Of a stretch of DNA of 64,000 bases, positions 23,353 to 34,825 are shown piece by piece. Below the pieces are notes generated by a model that was not told the DNA's origin, did not search any database, and was given only the letters and a program-made list of their open reading frames with translations. This DNA is from an uncultured cyanobacterium (lineage in GTDB: Bacteria; Cyanobacteriota; Cyanobacteriia; PCC-6307; Cyanobiaceae), in NCBI GenBank assembly GCA_963765575.1, contig CAVXWZ010000008.1, forward strand, positions 128,001 through 192,000, read 5' to 3'. Positions within the stretch are counted from its first letter, which is position 1; each line of letters starts with the position of its first letter. A program made the translations under genes and the position numbers.

Positions 23353-25653
23353 CTAGCGGACGGGCATTCCGCCATCCCCGTCTGGCCGGCTCACCGTCTC
23401 GTCGCGGCGGAGCACCAGCACCGACAGCGGCGGCAGGCAGAGGTCGAGGGAGTGCTCGTAGCCGTGGATGCCCCAGACGTCGGTGAACTTGCCGCCGAGA
23501 TTGCCGAGGTTGCTGCCCCCGTAGCGATCGGCGTCGGTGTTGAAGGCCTCGGCGTAAAAGCCCTCCATGGGCACCCCCACCCGGTAGTGGGAATGGCAGT
23601 GGGGGGTGAAGTTGGCCACCACCACCAGCCAGCGGCCGCTGCTGCTGTCGCGGCGCATGAAGCTGATCACCGAATGGCGGTTGTCGGCGCAGTCGATCCA
23701 CTGGAAGCCGTACTCGCTGAAGTCCTCGCCCCACAGCGCCCGCTCCGACCGGTAGAAGCTGTTGAGGTCGTCGACCAGATACTGCAGACCCTGGTGCATC
23801 TCGAATTGCAGCAGGTCCCACTGCAGATCACCCCAGACGTTCCACTCCGAACGCTGGCCGAACTCCATACCCATGAAGATCGTCTTCTTGCCAGGGTGGG
23901 TCCACATGTAGGCCAGCAGAGCACGCACATTGGCGAACTTCTGCCAGTCGTCGCCTGGCATCTTGTGGAGAAGATTGCTCTTGCCATGCACCACCTCATC
24001 GTGGCTCAGGGCGAGCATGAAGTTTTCGGTGTAGGCATACCAGATCGAGAACGTGACGTTGTTCTGGTGAAACTGGCGGAACCACGGATCCAGCTCGAAG
24101 TAATCGAGCATGTCGTGCATCCAGCCCATGTTCCACTTGAGGTTGAAGCCAAGGCCGCCGGTGTTGGTGGGCTGGGTGACCATCGGCCAGGTGGTGGATT
24201 CCTCGGCGATCGAGAGGGCCCCAGGGAAGTGCTGGAACAGCACGTGGTTGGCCTGCTGTAGGAAGAGCACCGCCTCAGTGTTCTCGCGGCCGCCCTGGTC
24301 ATTGGCCAGCCATTCCCCGTCGGGCCTGAGGTAGTCGCGGTAGAGCATCGAGGCCACCGCATCCACGCGGATGCCGTCGATATGGAACTCCTCAAACCAG
24401 TAGATGAGGTTCGCAACCAGGAAGTTGCGCACCTCATTGCGGCTGTAATTGAAGATCAGGGTGCCCCATTCCTTGTGCTCGCCGATGCGCGGGTCGGCGT
24501 GCTCATAGAGGTGGGCGCCATCGAAGAAGGCCAGACCGTGGGCGTCCTTGGGGAAGTGGCCCGGCACCCAGTCGAGGATCACACCGAGGCCCTCGGCGTG
24601 GCAGCGATCGACGAAGGCCCGGAACTCCTCGGGAGTGCCGTAGCGGCTGGTGGGGGCGTACCAGCCCGTGACCTGATAGCCCCAGGAGCCATCGAAGGGA
24701 TGCTCCGAGATCGGCATCAGCTCGATGTGGGTGAAGCCCCGGTCCTTCACATAGGGAATCAGCCGTTCGGTCAGCTCCGGATAGGTGAGCAGGCGCGCCC
24801 CGGGCTTGAGGTCGGCGGCGGGTACCGGCGGCCGTGCCGTGCCGTCGGCCTCGATGTAGGGGGCGTCGGCAGCGGCATGCATCCAGCTGCCCAGATGCAT
24901 CTCGTAGACCGCGATCGGCTGCTCAATCGGATTGCGGCTGTCGCGCTCGGCCATCCAGGCCTGATCGCTCCAGCTGTAGCCGCCCAGCGGCTGCACGATG
25001 GAGGCGTTGGCCGGCCGCACCTCGTGGCGGAATCCGTAGGGATCGGCCTTCTGGTAGCAGTGGCCAGCCTGGCTGCGGATTTCGTACTTGTAGATCGCTC
25101 CGGCGTCCAAGGCGGGAACGAACAGTTCCCAGAGTCCACCCAGCCGGCGCTGCATCGGCAGATGGCGGCCGTCCCAGTTGTTGAAGGGGCCCAACACAGC
25201 CACGCTGCGGGCGTTGGGGGCCCAGAGGCAGAACATCACCCCGGCCACGCCCTCGCGCTCGCAGAGGTGGGCACCCAGCCGCCGCCACACGTGGTGGTGG
25301 TTGCCTTCCGCGAACAGATGGCGATCCAGTTCGCCCATCCACTCCTCGCGGAAGGCCCAGGGGTCGTGGGCCTCATGGCTGATGTCGCCGCGTTGCACCC
25401 ACACCCGGTAGTCGCTGCCTGGGTTGTGGGTCAGGGTCGCCTCAAACACCCAGGGGTGGTGGGGGGTGCTGGTGGGGTGACGCTCCGATCCCAGCAGCAG
25501 CTCCACCCGCTCGGCCTCCGGCATCCACACCCGCACCACCCAGCCGCCGCCATCGAGGGGCTGGGGTCCAAGTAGCGAGAAGGGGTGGTCGTGACGGCAT
25601 TCCGCAAGGCGCAATCCGTCCTCCACCATCCAGTCGAGAGTGGGGACGGGCAT
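23353..25653 (-). CDS. glgB: 1,4-alpha-glucan branching enzyme
   Basis: [41 protein letters not shown]. Confidence 0.98.
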   Translation of the reverse strand: MPVPTLDWMVEDGLRLAECRHDHPFSLLGPQPLDGGGWVVRVWMPEAERVELLLGSERHPTSTPHHPWVFEATLTHNPGSDYRVWVQRGDISHEAHDPWAFREEWMGELDRHLFAEGNHHHVWRRLGAHLCEREGVAGVMFCLWAPNARSVAVLGPFNNWDGRHLPMQRRLGGLWELFVPALDAGAIYKYEIRSQAGHCYQKADPYGFRHEVRPANASIVQPLGGYSWSDQAWMAERDSRNPIEQPIAVYEMHLGSWMHAAADAPYIEADGTARPPVPAADLKPGARLLTYPELTERLIPYVKDRGFTHIELMPISEHPFDGSWGYQVTGWYAPTSRYGTPEEFRAFVDRCHAEGLGVILDWVPGHFPKDAHGLAFFDGAHLYEHADPRIGEHKEWGTLIFNYSRNEVRNFLVANLIYWFEEFHIDGIRVDAVASMLYRDYLRPDGEWLANDQGGRENTEAVLFLQQANHVLFQHFPGALSIAEESTTWPMVTQPTNTGGLGFNLKWNMGWMHDMLDYFELDPWFRQFHQNNVTFSIWYAYTENFMLALSHDEVVHGKSNLLHKMPGDDWQKFANVRALLAYMWTHPGKKTIFMGMEFGQRSEWNVWGDLQWDLLQFEMHQGLQYLVDDLNSFYRSERALWGEDFSEYGFQWIDCADNRHSVISFMRRDSSSGRWLVVVANFTPHCHSHYRVGVPMEGFYAEAFNTDADRYGGSNLGNLGGKFTDVWGIHGYEHSLDLCLPPLSVLVLRRDETVSRPDGDGGMPVR

Positions 25654-25723
25654 GGCGGATCAGCGTGGGCGGGGCGAGCTTAGGGCGGTTGCCGCTGCCC
25701 AGCCCCGCCTGCTGGAGGGCGCT

Positions 25724-26536
25724 TCAGGGCTTGCTTCCAGCCTCGCTGCCGTCGTCGGCGAACTTGCGGGGGCGGATCGGATCCTGGGGGAAGTTCACAC
25801 CCACGATCTCGTTGTTGGTGTTGAGGATCACGAACAGGGAGTCGGTGACCTCCTTGAAGTCGGTGAAGACCAGCACCAGCTGGGCCTGATCGTTGCTGTC
25901 GGCCTCCACCACCCTGCGCACCGCCACGAAATCACCGGTGCGACGCTGCAGTCCCCGCCAGCGCTGTTGGAGCGCGGCGGCGGTGAAGTCCTGCTGCATG
26001 GGCAGGCTGAGGAAGCTCTGGGCTGTCACATACTGTCCCGAGCCTAGGGCCTTGACAAAATCGCTGGCCACCTTGGAGGGCTTGGCGTCGGTGAGATCAA
26101 CGTGGTAAGCCTCCAGTTGGCCCCGGTCGTTGAGCACCATGAACAGATCCAGGGGGCCGTCCGCCGTCTTCAGGCTGGCCTCCACGGTGGTCGTGTTCAG
26201 GCCGCCGCGCACGCTCAGTAGCGTCCAGCTCTGCAGGCGGGGTTCGCTGCGGATGCGCTCCGCCACCAGTGCCGGACTGCTGATCGCCTTGAGGGCGTCG
26301 GAGAACTGGGCGAAGCGCAGCTCGGGGTTGCGGGTTTGTACCGCCTCCAGGATGCGGCTGGCGGCCTTGCGGGCTTCGGCCACGCTCAGCCTCGATGTCG
26401 CCTGGGCGGTTGTGGTTGCCTCTGCTGGCTGTCCCGGGGCCTGGGCGAGGGCTGCACCGGGGCGGCCCCCCAGCACCAGGCCCACAGCCAGACCGACAGC
26501 CACAACGGCGAAGCGAGGGGTCACGACGAGCGGCAT
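25724..26536 (-). CDS. DUF3887-like secreted protein
   Basis: Signal peptide and two NTF2-like halves; TGATG coupling with the upstream hydrolase. Confidence 0.65.
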   Translation of the reverse strand: MPLVVTPRFAVVAVGLAVGLVLGGRPGAALAQAPGQPAEATTTAQATSRLSVAEARKAASRILEAVQTRNPELRFAQFSDALKAISSPALVAERIRSEPRLQSWTLLSVRGGLNTTTVEASLKTADGPLDLFMVLNDRGQLEAYHVDLTDAKPSKVASDFVKALGSGQYVTAQSFLSLPMQQDFTAAALQQRWRGLQRRTGDFVAVRRVVEADSNDQAQLVLVFTDFKEVTDSLFVILNTNNEIVGVNFPQDPIRPRKFADDGSEAGSKP

Positions 26537-28158
26537 CAGGGTGCGGGGCACGGGTGCCCACAGTTTGCCCCAGGATCCAGGCCCTCCAGCGGCTCCAGGT
26601 TGAGTTCGGCACCACCGGTGTCCAGCTCCAGGGTGATGACGCGATGGCTCGGACCGCTGCCGCCCCAGGGCCGCTCACCCGTGCCCGGATTCACCGCCAC
26701 CTGGGGCCAGGCCGCCGCCGCCAGCGACAGCCGCAGCCGCTCCCCCACCCCCAGCTGCAGCAGCAGGGGCTGCAGCTGCAGCTCCAGCCACCTCGCCTCC
26801 AGGCAGTGGCAGCCCAGCTGACGCACGACTCCGGTGCTGAGCTGCTGCACCGCCCCGTCCGGGGTGAGCCGTGCCAGGGCGGCGCACAGGTCGAAGCCGG
26901 GTTGGTCGGCCCCCACGCGCAGCCGCAGCCGCGGCCGCGCCAGCAGCAGCAACGGGCGCTCCTGGGCTGCGCTGGTGAAGCAGAGCACGTCGCGGCGCCG
27001 GTCTAGATCAGCGCGCTCACAGGGCCCGGGATCGAGGCCCAGGTGACCGCCGCGTCCCGGCACCGGCCGCCAGGGATCATGCACCAGCCAGCGCAGCTGG
27101 GGTCCATCAGCCCGGTCGTTTGCGGTTGATACCAGGGCCTCAGCGCTGAGCCGCCAGCGTCGCCCGGGCTCAAGACCTGCGCTCGTGCCGGCGTCGCTGC
27201 CGGGGGCCATGGGCACCTGCCACCAGCCGCCGTGGCGTGGGTCCTGCACCGCCACCGCCGGCTCGGCTGCGGCCGGGGGGGGCTGGGCGTGCAGGTGACG
27301 ACGGAAGAACTTGAGCAGCAGGCCATCCACCCCCATGCCCCAGTCCAGGTGGCTCCAGGCGCCAATGCGCAGCAGGGGATCGGCTCCGGCCTGCCGGGCC
27401 CGCTGCCAGAGCTCCAGCACCCCGTCCAGGTGTGGGTCGTGCCAGCCTCCCAGCAGCAGCATCGGCCGCTGCCAGAGCGCTGCCGGCGGCTGGTGCCGGA
27501 TCCAGCCCTGGGACTGCCCGGGGTCCTGGCGCAGCCAGCGCAGGGCCATGCCCTGCGGATCCAGCTGCTCCAACAGCGCCGGACCCTCCTCCAGAAAGCG
27601 GCCGTTCTCAAGGCTGGCGCGGATGCGTTGCCAGCCATTGCCATCGCCGCGCCGGCGGCAGCCCAGGGCCGCCAGCTGCAAGCCCCAGCCCAGGCCCAGG
27701 GCCCACCAGTGGGCACCACCGCTGCTGGCCCAGTGCCGCCGCTCATCCAGCCCCGCCATCGCCGGGGCCAGACAGTCAGGCAGCCCATCGCTGTCGTCGG
27801 CATCGCTGAGCAGCTGGGTGAGGCCCTGGTATGAGAAGCCGTACATCCCCACCCGGCCATTGCTGCCGGGCAGGCGCCGCGCCCAGCGCAGGCTGTCGGC
27901 TCCGTCGCGGGCCTCCTGGGCGAAACCGCTGAACCGGCCTTCGGAGTCGCCCTGGCCGCGCACGTCCTGCACCACCACCAGGAAGCCCTGGCGGGCAAAC
28001 CAGAGTGGATGGGCGATGGTGGGCGTGGAGGCGATGGCGCGGCCGTAGGGCTGGCGCATCAGCAGCACCGGCCAGGGAGCGGCTGTGTCGGGCTGCCAGA
28101 CCCGGCTGATCAGGCGTGTGCCATCACGGCAGCTCAGCCATGCGTCCCGCCCGTGCAT
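26536..28158 (-). CDS. CocE/NonD family hydrolase
   Basis: LLMRQPYGR, QDVRGQGDSEG, GMYGFSYQG nucleophile elbow, GGWHD. Confidence 0.9.
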   Translation of the reverse strand: MHGRDAWLSCRDGTRLISRVWQPDTAAPWPVLLMRQPYGRAIASTPTIAHPLWFARQGFLVVVQDVRGQGDSEGRFSGFAQEARDGADSLRWARRLPGSNGRVGMYGFSYQGLTQLLSDADDSDGLPDCLAPAMAGLDERRHWASSGGAHWWALGLGWGLQLAALGCRRRGDGNGWQRIRASLENGRFLEEGPALLEQLDPQGMALRWLRQDPGQSQGWIRHQPPAALWQRPMLLLGGWHDPHLDGVLELWQRARQAGADPLLRIGAWSHLDWGMGVDGLLLKFFRRHLHAQPPPAAAEPAVAVQDPRHGGWWQVPMAPGSDAGTSAGLEPGRRWRLSAEALVSTANDRADGPQLRWLVHDPWRPVPGRGGHLGLDPGPCERADLDRRRDVLCFTSAAQERPLLLLARPRLRLRVGADQPGFDLCAALARLTPDGAVQQLSTGVVRQLGCHCLEARWLELQLQPLLLQLGVGERLRLSLAAAAWPQVAVNPGTGERPWGGSGPSHRVITLELDTGGAELNLEPLEGLDPGANCGHPCPAP

Positions 28159-28169
28159 GGGGCCAAGGG

Positions 28170-28475
28170 TCAGCGCACGTCTGGGCAGTGCATGCCCACC
28201 ACGTAGGTGGTGAGCACCTCGGCATCCACCAGGCTCAACCCCTCCTGGGAGGCGATGGTGCGCGTGGCCCGCTTGCTCGTGTAGGACACGCCCTCTTTAT
28301 TCATCTCCCGCAATTGGCGGCAGAGGGCCTTGGCGCGGCCCGGATTGCGCCGCACCGATTCCAGCAGGCTGGACTGGGCCAGCAGCGGCGGCAGCAGTGG
28401 GGCGCCCGGCAGGGACGCAGCCAGCAGCAGGCCCGCCAGCAGCAGGGGCGGCACCAGGAGGCCTTGGCGCAGCAT
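28170..28475 (-). CDS. Conserved secreted hypothetical protein
   Basis: Signal peptide; LLESV..NP..AKALC...DAEVLTTYVVGMHCPDVR. Confidence 0.75.
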   Translation of the reverse strand: MLRQGLLVPPLLLAGLLLAASLPGAPLLPPLLAQSSLLESVRRNPGRAKALCRQLREMNKEGVSYTSKRATRTIASQEGLSLVDAEVLTTYVVGMHCPDVR

Positions 28476-28595
28476 CCGCGGGGTCGGCAACGGCCGTTTG
28501 CTTGGGTGAGGCAGAGACGGGTTGTGCTCAGCCACGTCCTGTCTGCAACTGCATACATTCCAAGGGCGGTTGCCCCTGCCCAGGCCGCGATGGGG

Positions 28596-28988
28596 TCAGT
28601 TTGTGGCCCGGCGAGCCCGGGCGATCCAGTCCCGCACGGTGGCCAGGTCGGGCGGCGTCACGGCCTGGCCGGTGAGGCGCCGTTGCAGGCGCCCGGTCTG
28701 CACCCACAGCTGCTGCGGCTCGCTCCGCGCCAGCCCGCGGGCATCGGCAACGCCGGCATGCAGCAGCAGGGCGGCCTGGGCCGGATCGAGTCCCACCGCC
28801 ACCACCAGCCGCGCCTGGCCCCGCAAGCGCCGCAGGGTGGGCGCGCTGGCCGTGCCCTCTCCGGCCAGACGACGCAGCTGGGGATCATCCAGCTGGGCCA
28901 GGGCCTGCCAGCTGCGCACCCCATGGCGATCGAGCAGTCGGGCCTCGGCGGCGGCATGGGCCGGCAGCTGCCAGGCCGGCTCACTCAC
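28596..28988 (-). CDS. DUF4332 (helix-hairpin-helix-like) protein
   Basis: GTG start overlapping the ycf51 stop; AALLLHAGVA, PPDLATVRDWI. Confidence 0.75.
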   Translation of the reverse strand: MSEPAWQLPAHAAAEARLLDRHGVRSWQALAQLDDPQLRRLAGEGTASAPTLRRLRGQARLVVAVGLDPAQAALLLHAGVADARGLARSEPQQLWVQTGRLQRRLTGQAVTPPDLATVRDWIARARRATN

Positions 28989-29467
28989 GGTGTCGCCGGC
29001 GATCCGGTCACGCTCACCGTGCCGTCGGCGAAGTTGCGGGTGGCCTCGGCCACCACCACCGGTCGGCTCAGGCCCGGGGCGACGCGTTCGACCCCGCGCA
29101 GCCGCACCAGCACACGGCCACCGGGGATGGTGCGGCCGCTGCCGCTGAGGTTGCGGGCCACCTGTTCGGCGCTGGCCCGAGCCGTGTCGGCATCCAGGTC
29201 GGGCGACGCGGCGGCCACAACCAGGTCGCCGCCGTTGTCGAACACCACCGGCACACTCACCGCCCCCTCCACCGACACCCGCTGCCGGTAGCTCACGGCG
29301 AAGGCCAGGCAGGACAGCGACAGCAGCAGGGTGAAGCTGGTGATTCCCACCAGGCGGAAGCGAATGCCCCAGCGCAGCAGGAAGGCGGCGACGGTGAGCA
29401 GGGCCAGCACGCCGCCGGCGACTCCCAGCCATTGACCGGCCACGAACAGGATGGGATCGGTGCTCAT
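28985..29467 (-). CDS. ycf51: Ycf51 (DUF2518) family protein
   Basis: WGIRFRLVGITSFT, VFDNGG, VRLR. Confidence 0.8.
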   Translation of the reverse strand: MSTDPILFVAGQWLGVAGGVLALLTVAAFLLRWGIRFRLVGITSFTLLLSLSCLAFAVSYRQRVSVEGAVSVPVVFDNGGDLVVAAASPDLDADTARASAEQVARNLSGSGRTIPGGRVLVRLRGVERVAPGLSRPVVVAEATRNFADGTVSVTGSPATP

Positions 29468-29559
29468 CAGAGGGGGTTCATGGGTTTGGGCTCATCGGTT
29501 GGGGCCCCTTGGCAACGCCCTTATATTGCGGCCGTGCTGAGCATGGCGTCTCCAGGTTC

Positions 29560-32500
29560 ATGGCGGAGTTGCCACCTCAGGGCCCGCCACCGTCCCGTCC
29601 GGACCCGTCCAGTCCGGACCCGTCCCCCGCGGAGCCCGACCCAATCGTCCCAGGACGCTTTCGTGGCCTGCTTGCCGGTGGTCGTACGCCGCTGATCCTG
29701 GCGGCCATCGCCGGCGCCGGGGTTTCGGTCGCGCTGCTCTCGCTGAACAGCCTGGCGGCTGCCACCTACCAGCGGCTGCAGCCCAGGGTGGAGCGCCAGC
29801 TCAGCACCACCCTGGGCCAGCCGCTTGAGCTCGGCCCCTACCGGGGCCTGGGCTGGCGAGGCCTGCGGCTGGGGCCCAGCCGGGTGCAGGCCCTGCCGTC
29901 CAACCCCTCCAGCGTGGACGTCGCCGGGATCGGCCTGAGCCTGGATCCGATCGCCAGCCTGCGCCGCCGCCTGCCGGTGCTGGAGGTGAGCCTGGATGGG
30001 CTGGCGGCCAACCTGCGCCCCAACGCCGAAGGCAGCTACTGGCGCCTGCCCGAACCCGACCCCACGGCCGAGCCAGCTCGCCTGGCGGTGCGGCTGCGCT
30101 TGCGCCAACCCGCCCGGCTGCGCATCCATCGGCCCGACGACGAAATCGACCTCTCCCTGCGGGGGAGCCTGGTGATCGAGCCGCAGCAGGCCCAGGCCTC
30201 CGGCCTGCTGCAGGTGCGTCCTGCCGCCCCGGACCTCGCCCGGGCCGGCAGCCTGCAGCTTCGAGGGGGAGGCAACTGGAGAAACCAGACCTGGCAGGGA
30301 CAGGTGACCAGCCGCGGCATCGATCTGGATTGGCCCGCGGCGCTGCTGGGGGTGGGCGGCGAGCTGGAGGGCCGCGTCGATGGCCAACTGCAGCTGGCCT
30401 GGCGTGATGGCGAGCCCGACTGCCGGGGTGACCTGCGCCTGCGCCAGGTGAGCTGGCGGGCGCAGCCGGACCAAGCCACCATCAGGCTGGACCAACCGCG
30501 CTTCAGCTGCCAGGGCACCAGCGTGACCTTGGCGGACAGTGCCTGGAGCCGGGGGGAGCGCCGCGGCCGGCTTGGCCTGCAGGGCCGCTGGCGGCCCGCT
30601 GGGTTGCTGCTGGAAAACCTGCAACTCAGCTCCGGCGGCTCCTGGCTGTGGGCCCAGGGGGTGCTGAGCCCTGAGCCGGCCCTGGCCGGGGAGTGGCAGC
30701 TGGACCCGGCGGACCTGCCCCTGTCGGGCGATGTGTCGCCGGATCTGGTGGGCTCCCAACTGCGCGGCAGCCTGCAGCTGGCGGGCTCCTGGAGCAAGCC
30801 CCAGCTCAGCAGCCGGGTGAGCCAGGCCAGCAACCCCCTGCTGGGTCCCTGGCAGGCGACGCTGCGCTGGCGGGATCAGCGGCTGCTGCTCGATCAGCTC
30901 GCCAGCGATCACCTCTCCGGCCGCGGCAGCCTGCCCCTCGCGCTGGCCGCAGGCCAGGGGCTGCGCAGCGGTTCCCTGGACTTGCGCCTGCGGCTCGACC
31001 GCTATCCGCTGCCCCGCCTCAGCCCCCTGCTCGGGGCCGATCTCCAGGGTGTGGCCGATGCCGACGGCACGATCAAGGGGCCGCTCAGCGGCCTCACCCC
31101 CGAATTCTTCCTGCGGCTTGAGCAGCCCGGGGCCGGGCCGCTGCTGGTGGCCGAAACGTGGGAGGGCAACTGGTTCGGTGACCCTGCCGGGGGAGGACGT
31201 CTGCGGCTGGCCAGCCGCGGGGCCGCCCCGGCTGGACTGCTGGAGGCGCGGCTTGACCGCAGCTGGGTGCCCGTGGCCGTGGACCTGACCCGCAACGACG
31301 GTCAACTGCGCCTGGACGGCAGCCCCCGCGCTTACACCTGGACCGCCAGCGGCTTCCCGCTGGTGGGTCTGCAGCTGGCCCTGGGGCCCGGCGCCCAGTT
31401 ACGCCCCTTGCACGGTGAGCTGAGCGGTGGGGGGCTGCTGGAACTGCAACCGCTGGCGTTCCGCGGCCGGGTGGAGTTCGATCGACCGGCCGTGCTTGGG
31501 GTCACCGCCCAGCGGGTGGTCCTCGACGGCCGCTACCGCGACCGTCGCTACGAGGCCACCGGGCAGATCACCGCTGACGGTGGTGGCGAGCTGGATCTCG
31601 ACTGGAGCGGCCGCTGGCGGGGTGATTACGTGGCTCGACTCAGTGGCCGTGACCTCGATGACGGCCTGGTGCGGCGGCTGCTGGAGGCCTGGCCACGCTG
31701 GCGGGGCGAACCGGGCATCGATCCCGGCAGTGCCGCTGATCTCGGCACCCTGCTGATCGACACCCTCGGCGGCAGCATTGACGGTCAGCTGCTGGCCCTG
31801 AACCGGGCCCATGCCCGCCTGCGGCAGGCTCTGGTGGATCAGCGCGAGCGCCTCACCCCGGCCGAGCGGCTGGATGGCGTGGCGGCCCGGTTTGATCTGG
31901 ACGCGGAGCTGAGTGGTCCGCGGCTGGCCGACACCCGCATCGACGGCAGCGTGCGGGGCCACCTCTGGTTCCCCGGCCTGGACCGCGACGTGGCACTCAC
32001 CGGTGAGCCGCTGGTGCTGGAGCTCAACGGTCCGGTACGCCTGGGCGCCGGCACCTTTGCCTTCTCCGCGGTGCCCCTGTCGCTGTTGGCCCTGCTCACC
32101 CCCGTGCCGGAGGAACTGCGCGGCACGATCTCCTCAACCGGGCGCTATCGCCTGGTCTCCGGGCCGGAGCAGAGCCCGGAGCTGGCCCTGGTGCTGTCCC
32201 TCGATGGGGCCGCCCTGGGGGAGACCATGCTGGCCCTGGAACGCGGCAGCCTGGAGCTGGAGGGCAACGCCCTCGTGGCCGACCTGGCCCTGCGGGCCGA
32301 CGGCGCCGGCAGCGGCATTGACCTGGCCGGCCGCGTGCCGCTGGACTCGGCCGAGGAGGGGATCGAACTGCGTCTCACCAGCCGCGATGACGGGCTCATT
32401 TTCCTGAGCCGCCTGGCCCAGCCGACGCTGATGTGGAAGGAGGGCTCCGCCGACCTGCAGCTGTTGGTGCGCGGCAGCCTGGACCGGCCGATCGCCAACG

Positions 32501-33897
32501 GTTTCCTGCGCATCCAGGACGGCCAGCTGGTGCTGCTGGATCAGGCGGTGGACGATCTCCAGGCCACCGTGCTGTTTGATTTCGAGCAGCTCCTGCTGCA
32601 GGAGTTCGGCGCCCGCGTGGGCGGCGAGGGCACGCTCAGTGGCAGTGGCAGCCTGGGCCTGTTCAGCCCCCAGCTCGATGCCGAAGGCGAACCGGCCCGC
32701 CTGGCCATCGCCCTGGAGCAGCTGCCCTTCCGCCTGCCGCGCCTGCAGGCCGACGTGGACGGCGAGCTGGCGGTGGGCGGCAGCCTCACGGCCCTGCGGG
32801 TGGGCGGCAACCTGGCCCTGGCCAAGGGCTCGGTGAATGTGCAGCCCGGCCGTCTGGCCGGCGAGAAGAACGGCACCCAGGCCGTGGCCACGGTGCAGGA
32901 GCTGGCGGAGCAGCGCTGGGACTTTCAGCAGCCCCTGGTGCTGCTGGGCCCGGAGCTGGAGAGTGGCAACGGCGAGGACTTCCGGGCCCTGGTGCCGAAT
33001 GTCAGCTTCCTCGGCTTCGAGGGCCTGCAGATCAGTTTCGGCCCTGATTTCAGCGTCATGGTGCCGCGGCTGGCCGATTTCAAGACGGCCGGAACCCTGC
33101 GCATTGATGGTCCCCTCGGCCCCGAGATCGAGACCCGGGGGGTGGTGACGCTGGAGCGGGGGCGGCTGAACCTGTTCACCACCAATTTCGTGCTCGACCG
33201 CAATGCTCCCAATGTGGCCGTGTTCACCCCCTCGCTGGGGTTGCTGCCTTACCTGGACATCACCCTGCGCAGTCGGGTGTCGGACAGCATCACCGCCGCC
33301 GGGCCGGTGAGCGGCAGTGCCTCCACAGCCACCGCGGCGTCGTCGCTGGCAGGGCAGCAGGACGGGTTCAGTTCCTTCGCCCAGCTCAACCTGGTGCAGG
33401 TGTTTCTGTCGGTGAGCGGTCCGGCCGACCGCCTGGCCGACAACATCACCCTGCGCAGCACCCCGTCACTGCCGGAGGATCGCCTGCTGGCCCTGATCGG
33501 CGGCAACTCCCTGGCGGGCCTCGGTGGATCGGCAGCCGGCACGGCCCTGGCCGCGGTGGTAGGCCAGACCCTGCTCTCGCCGCTGCTGGGGACGTTGGGG
33601 GAGGCCTTCGGGGAGCGCCTCAGCTTTGCTCTCTACCCCACCTTCGTGAATCAGGACGTGAACAATGGCCGCAACCAGCGCTCAGGCCGGGTGCCACCGC
33701 AGCTGGTGCTGGCCACCGAAGTGGGTGTGGATGTGAGCGAGCGGTTCAACTTCTCGGTGATCGCGGCCCCCAACCGCACCGATGTTCCCCCTGAGTTCAA
33801 CCTCACCTACCGCGCCTCCGACCTGATCAACCTGCAGGGATCACTGGACACCCAAGGGGCCTGGCAGACCCAGTTGCGGGTGTTCCTGCGGTTCTGA
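29560..33897 (+). CDS. tamB: Translocation/assembly module TamB (DUF490) protein
   Basis: N-terminal TM anchor, long beta-rich body, C-terminal LRSTPSLPEDRLLALIGG and terminal F. Confidence 0.85.
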   Translation: MAELPPQGPPPSRPDPSSPDPSPAEPDPIVPGRFRGLLAGGRTPLILAAIAGAGVSVALLSLNSLAAATYQRLQPRVERQLSTTLGQPLELGPYRGLGWRGLRLGPSRVQALPSNPSSVDVAGIGLSLDPIASLRRRLPVLEVSLDGLAANLRPNAEGSYWRLPEPDPTAEPARLAVRLRLRQPARLRIHRPDDEIDLSLRGSLVIEPQQAQASGLLQVRPAAPDLARAGSLQLRGGGNWRNQTWQGQVTSRGIDLDWPAALLGVGGELEGRVDGQLQLAWRDGEPDCRGDLRLRQVSWRAQPDQATIRLDQPRFSCQGTSVTLADSAWSRGERRGRLGLQGRWRPAGLLLENLQLSSGGSWLWAQGVLSPEPALAGEWQLDPADLPLSGDVSPDLVGSQLRGSLQLAGSWSKPQLSSRVSQASNPLLGPWQATLRWRDQRLLLDQLASDHLSGRGSLPLALAAGQGLRSGSLDLRLRLDRYPLPRLSPLLGADLQGVADADGTIKGPLSGLTPEFFLRLEQPGAGPLLVAETWEGNWFGDPAGGGRLRLASRGAAPAGLLEARLDRSWVPVAVDLTRNDGQLRLDGSPRAYTWTASGFPLVGLQLALGPGAQLRPLHGELSGGGLLELQPLAFRGRVEFDRPAVLGVTAQRVVLDGRYRDRRYEATGQITADGGGELDLDWSGRWRGDYVARLSGRDLDDGLVRRLLEAWPRWRGEPGIDPGSAADLGTLLIDTLGGSIDGQLLALNRAHARLRQALVDQRERLTPAERLDGVAARFDLDAELSGPRLADTRIDGSVRGHLWFPGLDRDVALTGEPLVLELNGPVRLGAGTFAFSAVPLSLLALLTPVPEELRGTISSTGRYRLVSGPEQSPELALVLSLDGAALGETMLALERGSLELEGNALVADLALRADGAGSGIDLAGRVPLDSAEEGIELRLTSRDDGLIFLSRLAQPTLMWKEGSADLQLLVRGSLDRPIANGFLRIQDGQLVLLDQAVDDLQATVLFDFEQLLLQEFGARVGGEGTLSGSGSLGLFSPQLDAEGEPARLAIALEQLPFRLPRLQADVDGELAVGGSLTALRVGGNLALAKGSVNVQPGRLAGEKNGTQAVATVQELAEQRWDFQQPLVLLGPELESGNGEDFRALVPNVSFLGFEGLQISFGPDFSVMVPRLADFKTAGTLRIDGPLGPEIETRGVVTLERGRLNLFTTNFVLDRNAPNVAVFTPSLGLLPYLDITLRSRVSDSITAAGPVSGSASTATAASSLAGQQDGFSSFAQLNLVQVFLSVSGPADRLADNITLRSTPSLPEDRLLALIGGNSLAGLGGSAAGTALAAVVGQTLLSPLLGTLGEAFGERLSFALYPTFVNQDVNNGRNQRSGRVPPQLVLATEVGVDVSERFNFSVIAAPNRTDVPPEFNLTYRASDLINLQGSLDTQGAWQTQLRVFLRF
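29590..29634 (+). repeat. 15-bp tandem repeat x3 (PSxPD) in the tamB N-terminus
   Basis: ccgtcccgtccggac / ccgtccagtccggac / ccgtcccccgcggag. Confidence 0.75.
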
Positions 33898-33898
33898 G

Positions 33899-34825
33899 AT
33901 GGCGGCAGATGGCTCGGCGGATCAGCTGATCGGCGTGGATGTGGGCGGCACGGCAATCAAGCTCGGCCGCTTCGACCGCCGGGGCCGCCTGCTGGAGGCC
34001 CTGGACGTGCCCACGCCCCAGCCGGCCATGCCCGGTGCCGTGGCGGTGACGATCGCTGAGGCGGTGGCGCGGCTCGATCCCGATCGCCGTGCCCCCCTGG
34101 TGGGGGTGGGCCATCCCGGCCCCAGTGATCGCGCCGGCCGGGTGGCCCGCATCGCCATCAACCTGCCCGGTTGGCGCGATGTGCCTCTGGCCGACTGGCT
34201 GGAGGCCCTGCTGGAGCGCCAGGTCACCTGTGCCAACGACGGCAGCTGTGCGGCGATCGGCGAGCTCTGGCATGGCGCCGCCCGGGGTGCCGGCCATGTG
34301 CTGCTGCTCACCCTCGGCACCGGTGTCGGCGGCGCTGTGCTGCTGGATGGCCGGCTGTTCACCGGCCACCGCGGCGCCGCCGCCGAGCCGGGGCTGATCG
34401 GCATCGACAGCGATGGTCCGCCCTGCAACAGCGGCAACCGGGGCTCCCTGGAGAGCTTCTGCAGCATCAGCGGCCTGGGGCGCCTCAGCCCCCTCGAGCC
34501 GCGGGAGCTCTGCCGCCGGGCCGACGCCGGCGAGCCGGTGGCCCTGGCCGTATGGGCGGCCTACGGCGAGCGGCTGGGGGTGGGACTGAGTTCCCTGCTC
34601 TACCTGTTCACCCCTGAGCTGGTGTTGATCGGTGGCGGGCTGAGTGCCGCCAGCGGCCACTTCCTGCCGGCGGTCTGGGCCCAGGTGCAGGACCGCGTGC
34701 TGGCGGTGAGCCGGGAGGACCTGCGCATCGAACGCTGCGCCCTCGGCAATGGCGCCGGCCGCCTGGGCGCTGCCCGCCTCGCCCTCGACCGCCTGGCCCC
34801 AGGCGCCGCTGGCCAGTTGGGATGA
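33899..34825 (+). CDS. ROK family sugar kinase
   Basis: [35 protein letters not shown]. Confidence 0.92.
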   Translation: MAADGSADQLIGVDVGGTAIKLGRFDRRGRLLEALDVPTPQPAMPGAVAVTIAEAVARLDPDRRAPLVGVGHPGPSDRAGRVARIAINLPGWRDVPLADWLEALLERQVTCANDGSCAAIGELWHGAARGAGHVLLLTLGTGVGGAVLLDGRLFTGHRGAAAEPGLIGIDSDGPPCNSGNRGSLESFCSISGLGRLSPLEPRELCRRADAGEPVALAVWAAYGERLGVGLSSLLYLFTPELVLIGGGLSAASGHFLPAVWAQVQDRVLAVSREDLRIERCALGNGAGRLGAARLALDRLAPGAAGQLG